Source of the DNA: Podarcis melisellensis
Lineage: Eukaryota
DNA length: 64,000 nucleotides
Reading direction: 5' to 3' (one strand)
Assembly (NCBI GenBank): GCA_964234715.1
Contig: OZ174286.1
Both the position numbers and the translations under genes were made by a program. Within the stretch, counting starts at the first letter, position 1. Each line of letters begins with the position of its first letter. Positions 22,664-36,068 of the stretch are shown piece by piece. Under the pieces are notes generated by a model. The model ran no database searches. It was not told where the DNA came from and was given only the letters and a program-made list of their open reading frames with translations.

Positions 22664-23160
22664 TATGGTTCAATTGATATGGCAAGCTGAGATAACTCCA
22701 AAAAGAACATCTCCATGGCTATATAAGAAGAGGAGAGAGAAGGGGAGGACATGATCCCCTGGAATGGGGACGATCAGGGTGGTAAACTATGGTTTATTGT
22801 AACATCCAGACATGGATTTACATGTTATAGTTTTAGAGCAAATTGCAGGAACGCTCCCATGACTTGGAAAACATAATCCCAGAAGTCTAAGTATACCAGA
22901 GCTGATGGCTACAGCTGCCTGATTTCATCAGTGTCGCTTATAGCTAAGCTACTGGCAAAGCTTGCTCTTCCATGTATATGGCCTTCCCTCTGAGCAACTT
23001 TGGCTATTTTTGAAACAGATATCCAACACCTTTTAAAATATTAATTTAAAATATTGTAGCGACAAGTCAAAGCATGAGAGAAGCTCTGAAAAGCCAGAAC
23101 TGAAAACTCATGGGAACCAAAGGGAGGGTCTTTCTGTTGCCTTAAGCATAACAATATAAC

Positions 23161-23384
23161 CAGCGGTTCGAAAGCACATCAAAGTGCAAGTAGATAAATA
23201 GTGGGAAGGTAAACGGCGTTTCCGTGCCCCACTCTGGTTCGCTAGAAGCGGCTTTGTCATGCTGGCCATATGACCTGGAAGCTGTACGCTGGCTCCCTCG
23301 GCCAATAAAGCGAGATGCGCGCCGCAACCCCAGAGTTGGCCACGACTGGACCTAATGGTCAGGGGTCCCTTTACCTTTACCTTT
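23161..23384 (+). mobile_element. Sauria SINE, 5'-truncated
   Basis: From gttcgaaagcacatcaaagtgc to the tail ccctttacctttaccttt. Confidence 0.9.
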
Positions 23385-23659
23385 TACACAGCGTACTGCT
23401 GACGGGGGGGGGGGTAGTATGTCTTACTAGGAGGTGCTACAGCAGGGAAAATGCAACAGGCAAGTTGAGTGCCACCAGCCCTCTGTTCACATCTGCCAAT
23501 TAAAACAAAACAAAACAAAATTGTGCATGCAGGAGAAGAGTGTGTGGAGGTGTTTAAGTAGTGTGAAATGTTTTGCCCAAATAATTCATACACATAATTT
23601 GTTGTTACGGTCAGGGACTTGTATTATGTGGATGCAGACCGGATACATTTGGTGCAATT

Positions 23660-24528
23660 TGTTACTGAAATTCAGTGCTGGAAATAGGTAAGGCATTTGC
23701 AGCCGATTCAAATTGCGTGCCCAGCCGCACAGCCCCCAAACCCAGTGCTCCCGACTATAGAGTGGTAAATGAATGGACGTGACAACTGTCTGGGATTTGA
23801 AATGGCCACAGCTTTATTGATTCCAGATGTAGGAAGCCTTGGCATAGGCCAGGCATGTCCAAAGTCCATTTTGGGGGCCTAACCCGGCCTGCCGGTCAGT
23901 TTAATCCAGCCCCTGTGGCAGTCTATCTCCTAAAAAAACAACAACTTCAATCATAAGAAAAGGTCAACAGCTTTGGTCAGCCCTCATGCATGTTCACTTC
24001 ATCAAATCTGGTCCTCTTTGAAAAACGTTTGGGCACCCCTGGCATGGGGATTGGGTGTGTATCCCTCTCAGTCCTCCTGTAGGAGGACTGAGGCATGACA
24101 GGGTGTATTTGGGGGTGGATCCATTGCAAAACACAGGTTTACGCAGGCAACCCCCCAAACGCTGAGAGAAGCTCTACGGCACACTAGCCCTATGCAGATG
24201 ACACTCCCGGCCAATCGGGTGCTGCGCTTGGGGGTCAGCCGGGCTAAATAGATGATGGGCAGACCTGAGGGAAGCCTGCCTCTCTCAGGTCCGCTCGCCC
24301 AGCCTCACCCCTCTGTGGCTGCCGTGGATTGATCTGTTTGAATAGATGGGTTTTGGCGGGAACCCGTGCCGAGGGGCACAGGGAGGCAGGCAAAGGCGGT
24401 GTGGCATGCCAGGAAGGAGAGGAGGTGCTGTGTCGGGCCATAACCGCGACTCACCGGGTAGGGCAGTAAGCGGCCATTACTGCTCGCACACTCCACCCAC
24501 TGGAACCTATTGAGCAGTTCCCTCGTGC
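23660..24528 (-). mobile_element. Probable LTR-derived GC-rich repeat (boundaries uncertain)
   Basis: CpG-rich segment in AT-rich intron, AATAAA on the minus strand near 23814, interrupted by a hAT MITE; no clear TSD. Confidence 0.4.
23850..24041. mobile_element. hAT-type MITE
   Basis: caggcatgtccaaa ... tttgggcacccctg; flanks gcataggc / gcatgggg (6/8). Confidence 0.7.
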
Positions 24529-24713
24529 AAATATTTGTTATCTAAGATCACTTTTTGACACCTGATATTTATTTGCATTAAATTTGATGTTTTATTTCAG
24601 TACCTGACATAAATGGATAATTTAAACACAATTGTTATTTAGTATTTAAATGCATTTGATATTTGGCATGGATAGCATTTGGTTTTTGACAGTACTTAAC
24701 AGATGCTGTAAAA

Positions 24714-25066
24714 GGGACGCGGGTGGCGCTGTGGGTTAAACCATAGAGCCTAGGACTTGCTGATCAGAAGGTCGGTGGTTTGAATCCCCACGACGGGGTG
24801 AGTTCCCATTGCTCGGTCCCTGCTTCTGCCAACCTAGCAGTTCGAAAGCACGTCAAGTGCAAGTAGATAAATAGGTACCGCTCCAGTGGGAAGCTAAACG
24901 GCGTTTCCGTGCCCTACTCTGGTTCGCTAGAAGCGGCTTAGTCATGCTGGCCACATGACTCAGAAGCTATACTCCGGCTCCCTCAGCCAATAAAGTGAGA
25001 TGAGCGCCACAACCCCAGAGTCGGCCACGACTGGACCTAATGGTCAGGGGTCCCTTTACCTTTACC
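24714..25066 (+). mobile_element. Sauria SINE, full length
   Basis: 13-bp TSD taacagatgctgt at 24697-24709 and 25067-25079, with an extra aaaa at the 5' junction. Confidence 0.95.
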
Positions 25067-26927
25067 TAACAGATGCTGTGCAGTGATAATTGACATGCAA
25101 TGGTATGTAGAATTTTCCAGTAGACATGCAGTTGTACTAAGCAATTTGGCTGTGCTTAACAGGTGAATATTAATAGTATTTATTTGGTATTTGAAAATAT
25201 CTATCTGATTAGGATTTAATTATGAATTTGAAAGTTGGTAGCTTGTTTCATGTGATATTCTTCCAGAAACCAAACAGTAAAAATTGCCAAGCTTCTGCCC
25301 AAAAGCACAAGAGTGGCTCTTACTTGCAAGTAACGATGAGATCTTTATTCAGACTAATAGCAGTACAGCCTGGGAAAAGAGGAGTTAGAACCTCCTTTCC
25401 CTGTGTGCTGATTAAATCAGCCTCCCCTCCATATGTTTATTGTTAAATAATCAGGGATTGGCAGCACTGCATTTAGTGTCATGTATAGTTCGTTCCTTCG
25501 TATAAAAAGTTATAATTAAGTACATTAGTGTCCTGTCTATATTGTTCTACTAATTCCTGCCACGCTAATATTTTCCTGATACTTGCGGATATGATTTAAT
25601 ATCTACGTAATCCATATGTATAGGGGCATCAAACTCGTCTTAATAGAAAAAAAAAAGTGATGCAATACTTCTCATTTTAGGCTTTCAGCTGTTTCTTTGG
25701 AAGGTGCAAGGCAAGAGAAACAGATGCTTGAACAATGCTTCTTGAAGAAATACAATTTTATAATTTTGAATAAAGAGACATGGTGGGGGGTTGCTTTTCC
25801 AAATTGGGGAGTTGGAAGTTGAGTACGAACATTGAGAGTTAGAGGTTGGGTAGGAATTAGCAGCTTTCTTATTTCTATTGTTCTTGCAGAAAACAGCCTA
25901 GACATTCACGTCTTTAGTTTTGCCTAGAACATATATATTTGCCTTTCTATTGTAGCGGGAAGCTGATTGTCTTTTATTTATGTGCTCCTCTATATGGATT
26001 AATTGTTGGCTGCAAAAGTAGATGTTTACAAATAGAACATTTTAAACGAAGTTCTAAATGAGAGGTTTTAACTTTAGATAGCTGTTCTCCCACAAACTGT
26101 GTAAACAGAGGGTTGGGTTCAGAGGTTCCCTTTCTCTGACAGGAGTCGTCCTTTGATGGAAAGATTCCATTCATCAGAGGAAAGGAATGTTTGGATTCCA
26201 CTCGCTGTAGTCTTTTTACCCCTTCACTAAAATATTACTGTTTTCATCTTTATGTGCTTAGAAATTAGGCAGTGAAAATTTCTGTTCTATTAGCTAAAGC
26301 AATTTGGGTTTAGGGATCTCATCTTAGAGCTTTAAAACTGGTCAATGCATTTTTTTCATAACTCCAGTTCTACAAAGCTCACTGTAACTTTCTGAATGCT
26401 AGGAGGGAAATTGCCAAGGTTCGTTTGGATGGAGTGGGAACTGAATGCATACCAAACTAGTTCATTTTGCAAAGAGGTCGATGTGAACTGGAATTAGCTC
26501 ATTTTTTGACATCTTGAACCAAAGGTGTACCTTGGCAAAGAACTGTATTGGTGCCCCAGCCAAGAAAAAATCACTTTGCCGCACTAGCCACCTTAGAAAT
26601 TACTACATTTTATGTGACCCAAGTACCCAAAGCATCCGTGGTGAGGGCAAGGAAGGGTGAAAAGATTTCACACCTTTGTGCCATGGTGCGAGAAGGATTG
26701 GAAGCTTTCCCCGTGTTTGATCTCACTGCGACAGCAGTGGTGTGACGCCACACACACATACGTAATATGCTACGTAGTCTGCTAGGTGATTTTTGCACAC
26801 ACAGCCTGAGCCTGCCTTTCAAGGAAAGGCAAGACTATATTATCCTCCCTCAAAACAGACATATTTGATGAAGATTTTGGCTTATTCCCATAGTAGGCAA
26901 TCCTTCTCCAGCATTTGTTCCTATACA

Positions 26928-27119
26928 CTTTACTGGCCGAGGGAGCCGGTGTTTGGCTGCAGACCGCTTCTGGGTCATGTGGCCAGCATGACTAAGTCGC
27001 TTCTGGCGAACCAGAGCAGCACACGGAAACGCCGTTTACCTGCCCGCCGGAGCAGTACCTATTTATCTACTTGCACTTTGACGTGCTTTCGAACTGCTAG
27101 GTTGGCAGGAGCAGGGACC
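26928..27119 (-). mobile_element. Sauria SINE internal fragment
   Basis: Central portion only; both ends missing. Confidence 0.88.
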
Positions 27120-27613
27120 TTGCATCTAAATTTAAATGCATAAGGTATAAAATTAAACATTTTTTAAAAAAGGTTTTGTTTTGTGTTTTTAAAATTGCTG
27201 CTGCTCCAAGTGGTAACAGCAGCAACTGCATTGGGAGGCTGGCCATGGTTTTTGGATCCACCATGATGCCCTGGTGCAAAGGTGCCGGGGGTCTGTGGGG
27301 GGTAACATCGAACACAAAAGAGGATGGAGAACTTTCAGAGAACTTACTTATGCAAACTTACTTTTTTTATCTTGAGAGGGGACGAAAAAAAAATATAGAT
27401 TCTCTCCTCTCCCTGGGGGGAAAAAGCGTTCTGGGACATTTCTATGCAACTCAGTTCTAATTAGATTACTTGCCCAGGCCTGTAAAAATGCTGGAGAGGA
27501 CAAGATGGATGCGAAACAGTTGTCTAGCTGTGCTGCAGTATTAGTATGGAACAAGTCTCACACCTAAAAGACACTTTTTGTTCTGTACCGTAGGATTTGA
27601 TCATGGTGTAAGT

Positions 27614-27749
27614 CAGGCCTAGGCAAACTCCAGCCCTCCAGATGTTTGGGACTACAATTCCCATCATCCCTTAACACTGGTCCTGTTAGCTAGGGATGAT
27701 GGGAATTGTAGTCCCAAACATCTGGAGGGCTGGAGTTTGCCCATGCCTG
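27614..27749. mobile_element. Palindromic 136-bp hAT-type MITE
   Basis: Near-perfect hairpin caggcctaggcaaactccagccctccagatgttt...; perfect 8-bp TSD gtgtaagt. Confidence 0.92.
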
Positions 27750-28860
27750 GTGTAAGTGCTGCATGCAATAACTGGTGTTTCATCCTTTCTTCTTCCTGCA
27801 GCTAGAACACGGGACAAATTTAAGCAGGGACGGTGTTCATATGTGAATTGCTGCTTTTAATTAAGTCTTGACATCATTCTCTACTGGGTACACAGAAATT
27901 GCCTCCCCATCAAAAAGCAGCAGCACTTTTCAATAAATTAAAGTTTTATGTCGGCTTCAAATTAAAGAGTCATTTCCAGGAGTGTGGTGCCTTGAAGGCA
28001 TTGAGAGACTGCAGACTGTTTAGATATGATACTTTGAACTTCTCACAGTTACTTGAGCAGAACATATGCTTGTTGCGTGCTTCAATTAAATGGGCAAAAG
28101 CCCAGTTTTTGGGGAGGGAAAGTTTACACAGAAGGAGGTGGTCAGGATTACCACCAAGTGATGTCACTGTGCAGAGTTGAGAACATCCACTGCTATTTCT
28201 GAAAGAAAACTGGGAGGCAACCAATCTAAAATTATGTAGGTCGCATACCTTTTGGAGAAATGTTTCTATGATTTAATGAAGGTTGGGTAAAATTGATCCA
28301 ATTAGAATTTCCTTGATATTTCTAGTATAGGGAAATAAAGTGCTGAAAACTAATGACAGATAATGACTCTTAGGCTGTAGTTGCTCTAGTTCCACAGGGT
28401 AGAACAGGGCTGCCTTTTCGCCAACCTGGTGCTTTCCACATGCTTTGGACTACACTTCTCATCATTCCTGACAATTAAAGCCAGGCCTTCTTTTCTCCTC
28501 TCTATGAAGCTTCATCCCTATTGGTTCGTCTCGCCCTGTATTGTGTACTCTGACCAGCTGTTCCCTTATCTGCACAGGTCCATCTAACTGGAGGCAATGA
28601 ACAGAGCATGCAGAACCTTCTGAATCCATAAACTGTGGCACTTGCCCTTGAATATATTCTAATAAACATGAAAGTAATCAGGCAATTCAGCTGATAAACA
28701 GAATGCCTCATTTAAAAGATGCACATAAAGTACGAAGAAAAAAAGGTCCAGATAAATGAAACCGTACTTTTTTTTCAAGATGTGCCAATAATTGAGGGGG
28801 GGGGTTTCCCTTATTTGTCATGTAAGCTACGCAGAGCTATAAGAACTGCTCTATATTGTG

Positions 28861-29206
28861 ACGCGGGTGACGCTGTGGGTTAAACCAGAGAGCCTAGGAC
28901 TTGCCGATCAGAAGGTCGGCGGTTCGAATCCCGCGACGGGGTGAGCTCCTGTTGCTTGGTCCCTGCTCCTGCCAACCTAGCAGTTCGAAAGCATGTCAAT
29001 TGCAAGTTGATAAATAGGTACCGCTCCGGCAGGAAGGTAAACGGCATTTCCGTGCGCTGCTCTGGTTCTCCAGAAGTGGCTTAGTCATGCTGGCCACATG
29101 ACCCAGAAGCTGTATGCCGGCTCCCTCGGCCAATAAAGCGAGATGAGCGCTGCAACCCCAGAGTTGGCCACGACTGGACCTAACGGTCAGGGGTCTCTTT
29201 ACCTTT
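28861..29206 (+). mobile_element. Sauria SINE, full length
   Basis: TSD tatattgtg at 28852-28860 and 29207-29215. Confidence 0.93.
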
Positions 29207-31875
29207 TATATTGTGTCAACGGGCAGCCAAACCATGGCTTATTATGTGAATGGGACCATACGAGCTCCAGGAGAGATCACAGCTGTTTTGCTCCTCCTCT
29301 GTCATTTTGCTGTTGTGCTATAATGAGCTCAGCCATAGTTTGGCTGTGTGTGTTATCCAAATCCAAACTCACACTTCAGCTTTCTGCAGGCTAACCAATA
29401 AGCCAAAGCATGGTTCATCTTAGAACAGCACAACAAAGGAACAATATGACAGTGGAGGAGTAAAACACTGATCTCCTTTCCAAGAGTGCAATACTTTCAT
29501 GTTGTTGCTTAGCAGGGCGTGCAATCCAAGCCAATGTAATTCTTTTTTCTTTGCTTGACTCTTTTGGCAGTATCATAGATTCTTTACTCATTTATTTATC
29601 CAAAGGCAACTTAAGGATAAAGTTAGAAAAGTACATTAATTTTTTTTAAAATAGAATTTTAATTTATAAACTTGCAACAGTGCCTCTACTCAACGAATAT
29701 TTGAAATTTAAATGCAAAGTCAGTGTCGCTAAAATATAAGACAATGCGCCTAACCATTTAAATAATTCCTTTCATTTTTAATCGAATTGAATAATTCATT
29801 TCAGATTTTAATTACTCTGGAATGTTTCTATTCTCTATGCTACCACTTCCCATGCATGAAGAAAAGAAGAAATATGTCTAATGAAAATAACCTTGGCTGC
29901 AATACAGTCCCTCCCCTGTGCGAAACAATGTGCTCACACAACACTGTGTACCAAAGCAGTGGGGAGCTCGTGGGACATTGGTTTTGGAATTCCTTCTCTG
30001 CACTTCTACTCCTCTTAATGCAGATAATCGTAAATGTCTGAATGGAGATATCTTCCAGGCCTGCAAAAGAACAGAGGATTGATCTAAAGAGGGATTTGTA
30101 TCTTGTGTATTATTAGGATTGTTTGAATCTCAGTAATCTTGGATTCTGTTCTGAAGAAAAACCAGTGTTTCATAAACTAGTGACTTGCATTTTACTTGGG
30201 TATCTGGGGTTGTTGTTTTTTTGAGGGATGTGTGTGTCTGTTTTAGTTGTGGGTTGTGTTTTGCCTGTTCTTTGAGGGAAGGGGGGCGGGTTCTGAGCAC
30301 CACCAGTTTTTCTTCTGTGAAACTGATATTTTGTGCTGCCCATAACACTTTTATGAAAAATCCAGACCAGCTCTTGGGCCTGAAAAATACCTGCATTAAG
30401 TCAGCTTTTAAAACCTCCTGAATTGGGACATCCTGATTCAGACGTTGATATCTCCCCACAGTGATGAGATCAAAAAAGTGGAGAAATTGAACAAGCCAAC
30501 ACAACCCGAGGTTCCCCTTGAATATTGTGATGGAGAACAAGATAAGATCCCAACTATAGCAAGCATACATCTAAGATTACTTTTTCCACCATCTCCTACT
30601 TGACACTTTGGTTATTAGCTGAAGTGGACGTTATCTCCAAGTTCATCTGTGGTGGAGATAACTTGCCTCTATAATAAAGGTTTTTCTCCAATTTCAGTCC
30701 CAGATGACAGTTTCTTGTAAACTGACAAACTAAACCCAGAGTACCATCTGGTACCAACCTGTAGGACAATCCATTAACAACACTGTCCATTGCAAATTTG
30801 GCCTAGTTGGGTTGTATATTTTTCTCACCACAAATTATTCTTTACAGAATAATGTTAATTAGTAAGTGATAGATAGAAAGATTGCCAGGGACAGCCCATT
30901 AATTCCATTTACCTTAATAGCACTTAGATCTTAGCTTGCTGTACAGCTGTATTCAGACTGGATTATAAATGTAATTTTTTGCATCATTAACTTGCCTGAT
31001 TAATCTTAGACAGCAAAAGCATGATTATAGAAATACGAGACTTTCAGCATGCTGGTTTGAAGATCTGGGTTTTTCCCTTGTTTGCATCAGTGTAAGTGCT
31101 GTCGATGAGAAGAGAAGCCAGATACTCTCTTTCTTAACAATTAACCTGCATCATGTACCAGTCATTTCTCATTTTTGTGCCCCTCCCTCCACGGCAGCAT
31201 ACCATGTCCATCTTTTAACAAGTGCAATTACAGGGTATTTGTATAGTAATTGACCACCATTAGCAATATGTTCATGCTGTTCAAGGAGCATTAATGCAAC
31301 AGCAAGTTGTACATTTCTTAGTACATCGCGTGTTCTCTAATTGTAATTTTCTGGTTGTTGGATGTGAGATAATCAATCTGGGTTCTTCTGAATGCTACAT
31401 ATATGATCTACCCCTGAGCTAGTGCCTTCTCAATAATTTAAGATGCTCCAGTTGGAATGATCTGAAGACCTGTTCAGACTGCTAGGCCACAGCATGTGGG
31501 GAGGGTAGGCTTAATCTATCTTTCTCAAGCTGATCTCCCTGCAAAAAATACTCCTCCATCACATTGCAATCAGTGGCAGAATTAGAAAAGAGTGAATGCC
31601 GTGGAACCTCGGGGGCACTACAACAATTATTTAGAATGGAGTGTGAGAGGTGGAGGTGAATTTTGGTGTTGTCCAGCGTGTTGTTGACATTTGAGACCCC
31701 AAGCTCCTCCACTGCTACAATGAGACCTGGTCAGGGTGGGAGGAAGGTCCTATTTCACCAGTAGGAATTACCCCCCCCCCCAATTGCTTGCATTGCAAAT
31801 CTGATCCCTCCCATACCTTTACTTAAAGAAAGAAAACCCCAAATTACTTTTTTAGCTACCTATGGTAGTAAAACA

Positions 31876-31980
31876 CAGTGCTGTTTTTCTAAAAAAAGAG
31901 GTACCACAACTCACCAAGAATGCTTCCCTTGTTCTCTTATGATGGCAATGGCGCCCACCTAAGGAAAAAAAAAAGCCCTG
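31876..31980. mobile_element. hAT-type MITE (relative of the 13190 element)
   Basis: cagtgct...agccctg with perfect 8-bp TSD gtaaaaca. Confidence 0.8.
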
Positions 31981-32833
31981 GTAAAACATAGTCTGATCCT
32001 GAAGTTATGGAGTACTTGAAATCATGGTTACATTCAGGCATAATAGGAAACCATGGTTTTCCAAGATGTTGCTTGACTACAAATCCCAGCGTCTCTGGCC
32101 ATTGGCCATGCTGGCTAGGGCTGATGGGAGTTATAGTCCAGCAGCATATTGAGGGCCACAGGTAAGCAATCGTCCCTTCAATATAAGGCATGAGCTGTGT
32201 CAAGCCTAGAGCTCACACACTTCCCCTTCCTTCCTCTCTTCTTCCTGCAAGGCTCTACTCTAGCCACAGTTCTCCTTGGGATATCTCAGCTTGCGATATT
32301 CATATCATATCACAGCATGATATGAAACCATAGTGTGACCATGGGTTGTTCTCACTAACCACAGAAGAAGTAAAGTGGAGCTATATGATGGATATTGAAA
32401 ACTTGGGTGACAATTCTAGTAAAATTACAGTAGCTTATACCAGTTCTTGTGGCACCATAGCCATTGTGCATTACTTTTCTAAAACGCTACTTTGAAAAAA
32501 GCTTCTTGGTTGTGTAAATGTTCAGTAGATTCTGGATTTGTTATTTGGGCTAACCTGTGAGAATATGTGAGCAGCATATGCCTGGTGAGAATGGGATGGG
32601 AAGATCCATATAATGACAGCGTGCTGTGCTGAGACTGACACTGATAGCGCCATTCTGCAGAATTATAATAGGATGCTCAGAGCACCATAGTTTCCTGTCC
32701 AGTTCCAAAATCTCTCTATACTGTACTGAAAAGCACAACCTATATATGTTGCACATATACCGAATTCCTACTGCCCTGTGGAGGGCAGCTGTTTTGTTTT
32801 TGTTTTCCAAAAGTGAAACCTAACATGTTACTA

Positions 32834-33059
32834 CAGTGGTACCTTGAGTTACAGATGCTTCAGATTACAGACTCCGCTAACCCAGAAATAGTGCTTCAGG
32901 TTAAGAACTTTGCTTCAGGATAAGAACAGAAATAGTGCTCCGGCGGTGCGGCAGCAGCAGGAGGCCCCATTAGCTAAAGTAGTGCTTCAGGTTAAGAACA
33001 GTTTCAGGTTAAGTAGGGACCTCCGGAACGAATTAAGTACTTAACCTGAGGTACCACTG
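32834..33059 (+). mobile_element. Tc1/mariner-type MITE (226-bp family)
   Basis: TA-flanked TIRs. Confidence 0.9.
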
Positions 33060-35127
33060 TACTTTAAAATATTTCACAACAGGCTACCCATTCTTAGCTA
33101 ACTGGTTGTAGCAGACAAGGGATCTGATTGACCCCACATCCTTGCATTTGTAAACACAGTAATAATTATGGAAAGTGCAGGCTGACACCATAGAGTAGAC
33201 TACACAAACAGAGCCTGCATGATATGTTAGGAATCTTCAGTTCTAATGTTTTATGTTGAAACAGAAAAACAGAAACATGTTTATTTTGCCAGAGCTCCCC
33301 CAGCCTCTTGGCCCTGTTTACATTATTATTGCGGTTTGATTATGAAAAGGTCATGGGGGGGGGGCTGGTTCAGTCCAATTTTTTGTGTTGAATAAATCCT
33401 TGATGGTTTTATTGCTATACTGAACCTCCTTTGCAGTTCAGATGAGTTTGTCTCTCCAGGAAACTGTATGCTCTTAACAGCATTAGAAATGCTGCAAACT
33501 GATCCCTGGGGTTTCACAATAAATTTTGCTTGTTTGCATTGTTGCTGGTCTTTGGCTTCGCGTGCAGGCAACCAAAGTACAATTCATCTTCAGTCATAAG
33601 CTACATAGAATTCCAAGGCACGGACAATCAGATTTCTTCTCTAGCTGATTGAAAAACATGATAAAATGATCTAATACACTATATTTGAAGGATGCTTTGG
33701 GGAAGAGCAGAGGAGGAGGAGGAAGAGCAATAGAGTACATTGTCAGTAGTGAAACTTGTTCAGAATGGAATATTGAAGGAAATGCTTCCATGATATGAAA
33801 TACAAACCTATGTTTTATGTGAGGGACATACAATCCATTCTGCGTCCCAACATTTCCCCTGTGGTGCCATTCATGTGCACCACATAGAGTACTTACAGAT
33901 GTATACCAAAACCTTTGAGACTTTGTGCCATGCATTTTTTTCCACCTTTGATTCATGGTGTTGGAAAAGCAGGAAGAAATGTTTATTCATCACTCAGAAT
34001 TCTGAAACCTGGGCTCATCCAATGAAATAACCAGGGCATCTGTGGATTCAGGACAGACAAAATGAAGCAATTTCTTCAGAAAAATTCCTACATTGCTCCC
34101 TAGTTGTGATCCTGAAGCACACTGGGAGACAGGGAGGAAGGTCAGATGATGCTGCAAACGGAGAGACTGCCTTAAATAGGGATCAAGCCCTGCCCGCCTC
34201 TTCAGATCACCTTCAGAATGAACCAATCAGAGCCAAGGATTTTCCCATTCTTGCCTCTCTTGCCCAACTGGCTCACAGATGTGTCCAGCCTTTTAGGCAC
34301 CATTTAGGCCTTTTGGCTGAATGTTCTTACGACTGATTGAACTGTTATAGGTGCTGTGTGGCTTCCACTTCATAGTGGGCAGAGAGAATGGAAGGATGCT
34401 ATTTAAGCCCCTTACCATATTGAACCTTATTAATTGCAAGGAGACTGAAGAGTGGCAAACATGTTGCAACAGAAGCAGCATGGTTCTGCTAGATAAATAG
34501 GTTATCAATAGGTTTTTAACTGAAGAAGAACTTTTGTTGAGTTTGAAATGGATTAGGAGTTTGTGACTGAACAGATCTTGGATACAACCACAGAATCAAA
34601 GCCTTATGCTATCTTTTCATTATTCACCCTTGCTAACCATCTCGTTTTGTGTTTTTTTCTTTCGCTAAGAAGAGAGATATAATCTTATTTCTTTAAATGT
34701 CAGCTCAGAGATATATATAAAGAAACTGAATGTATAGGACTTTAGAAGCATTGGGTTCAATTCTGCTTCTTATAGAAACCACATATTGCCTGATTTCATT
34801 TGTCTCCCTGATCGTTTTTGGCATTTAATGGGCAGCTAACATAATTTTTAGAGCATATTTTTGGAAACAAGTTGTTATGTAGGATTTCAGGAGACATCAC
34901 TCAACATCAGCTTCTTCAAAGGTGTATACTGTTCACACAGGTGTGAACCGGTACTGTGTATCAGGTACTGGACACACACACACACTTTAAAATATATATG
35001 TATACAAAAATTGTATAAATACAAGGAATGTGCAACAGCCACAAGATTCACCTTATATTGGCATCAATAGTGAAGCTGATCTTGTGATGAAAGGCAGTAT
35101 ATTAATGAAAATAATTAAATAACCAAC

Positions 35128-35787
35128 AATACCTTTATTGTCAACCTGTGTACAATGAAATTAAATGAGCCTCCCTCCCCGCCCAAACACTCTCTTATCA
35201 AACAACACACTACCTTGCAAGTCAATTTTGCTGTGTTATTTTCCATTCAACAGTCCACGGATAGAAGCTATTTTTTAGCCTGTTGGTACGGCTGAATATA
35301 CTTCTATATCTCCTGCCCGAGGGTAGAAGATTAAAGAGGTGATGGCCAGGGTGTGAGTCATCTCTGAGAATTTTTCTCGCTCTCCTAAGGCAATGATCCC
35401 TTGCGATGTTACCTAGTGGACTCAAGGGACAGCCCATGATCTCATGTGCTGTATTCACAACCCTCTGTAGAGACTTTCTATCTGTGCATGTCAGGCCAGC
35501 ATACCACACTGTGATACAATATGAAAGGAGACTTTCTATTGTGGTAAAAGGAGTTCATCAGTTGTTGTTTAACTTTATTCTTTCGCAAGACTCTGAGGAA
35601 ATTGAGTCTTTGTTGGGCCTCTCTGACCACCTGTGTTATGTTGATTTTCCAAGTAAGATCCTCACTAAGGTAAACTCCCAGGGATTTAAAGGAGGAGACT
35701 CTCTCCACACAGCCCCCCCCCCATATACAACAGGGCAGGTTCCCCTCTCTTCCTCCAGAAGTCCAACGCCATCTCCTTTGTCTTACT
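35128..35787 (-). mobile_element. 5'-truncated Rex1/Babar-type LINE (ORF2 C-terminus and 3' end)
   Basis: Frameshifted peptides FKSLGVYLSEDLTWKINITQVVREAQQRLNFLRVLRK and HPGHHLFNLLPSGRRYRSIFSRTNRLKNSFYP resemble Rex/Babar RT C-termini; short 3' UTR with gacaataaag. Confidence 0.75.
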
Positions 35788-36030
35788 AATACTTGGTAAA
35801 TAAATAAAACAGTGAATTTGGAATTGCTCTGATTTTTCAGTTTGATTAGTTATTTGGATCTGAAGAACTTCTGTTAAAGCCAAAACCCTGTCCTTCCCAC
35901 ATTTACTATAATGGGGAACCTAAAACTGACTGTAGCTTCTTCACATAAGTGGATGAAATTTGCAGGCAAATTTGCAGCTCCTCCAGAGTGGATTAAGTCT
36001 GCCAAATTCCGTTAAGATTCAGCCATGATT

Positions 36031-36031
36031 T

Positions 36032-36062
<31 letters not shown>

Positions 36063-36068
36063 CGCGCG
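36031..36068. repeat. Compound (TG)12(CG)7 microsatellite
   Basis: Read directly from the sequence. Confidence 0.95.

Noticed and set aside
30130-30790. 146-aa and 64-aa minus-strand ORFs
   Set aside because: No recognisable domain, no splice or Kozak support; compatible with chance or a very old TE.
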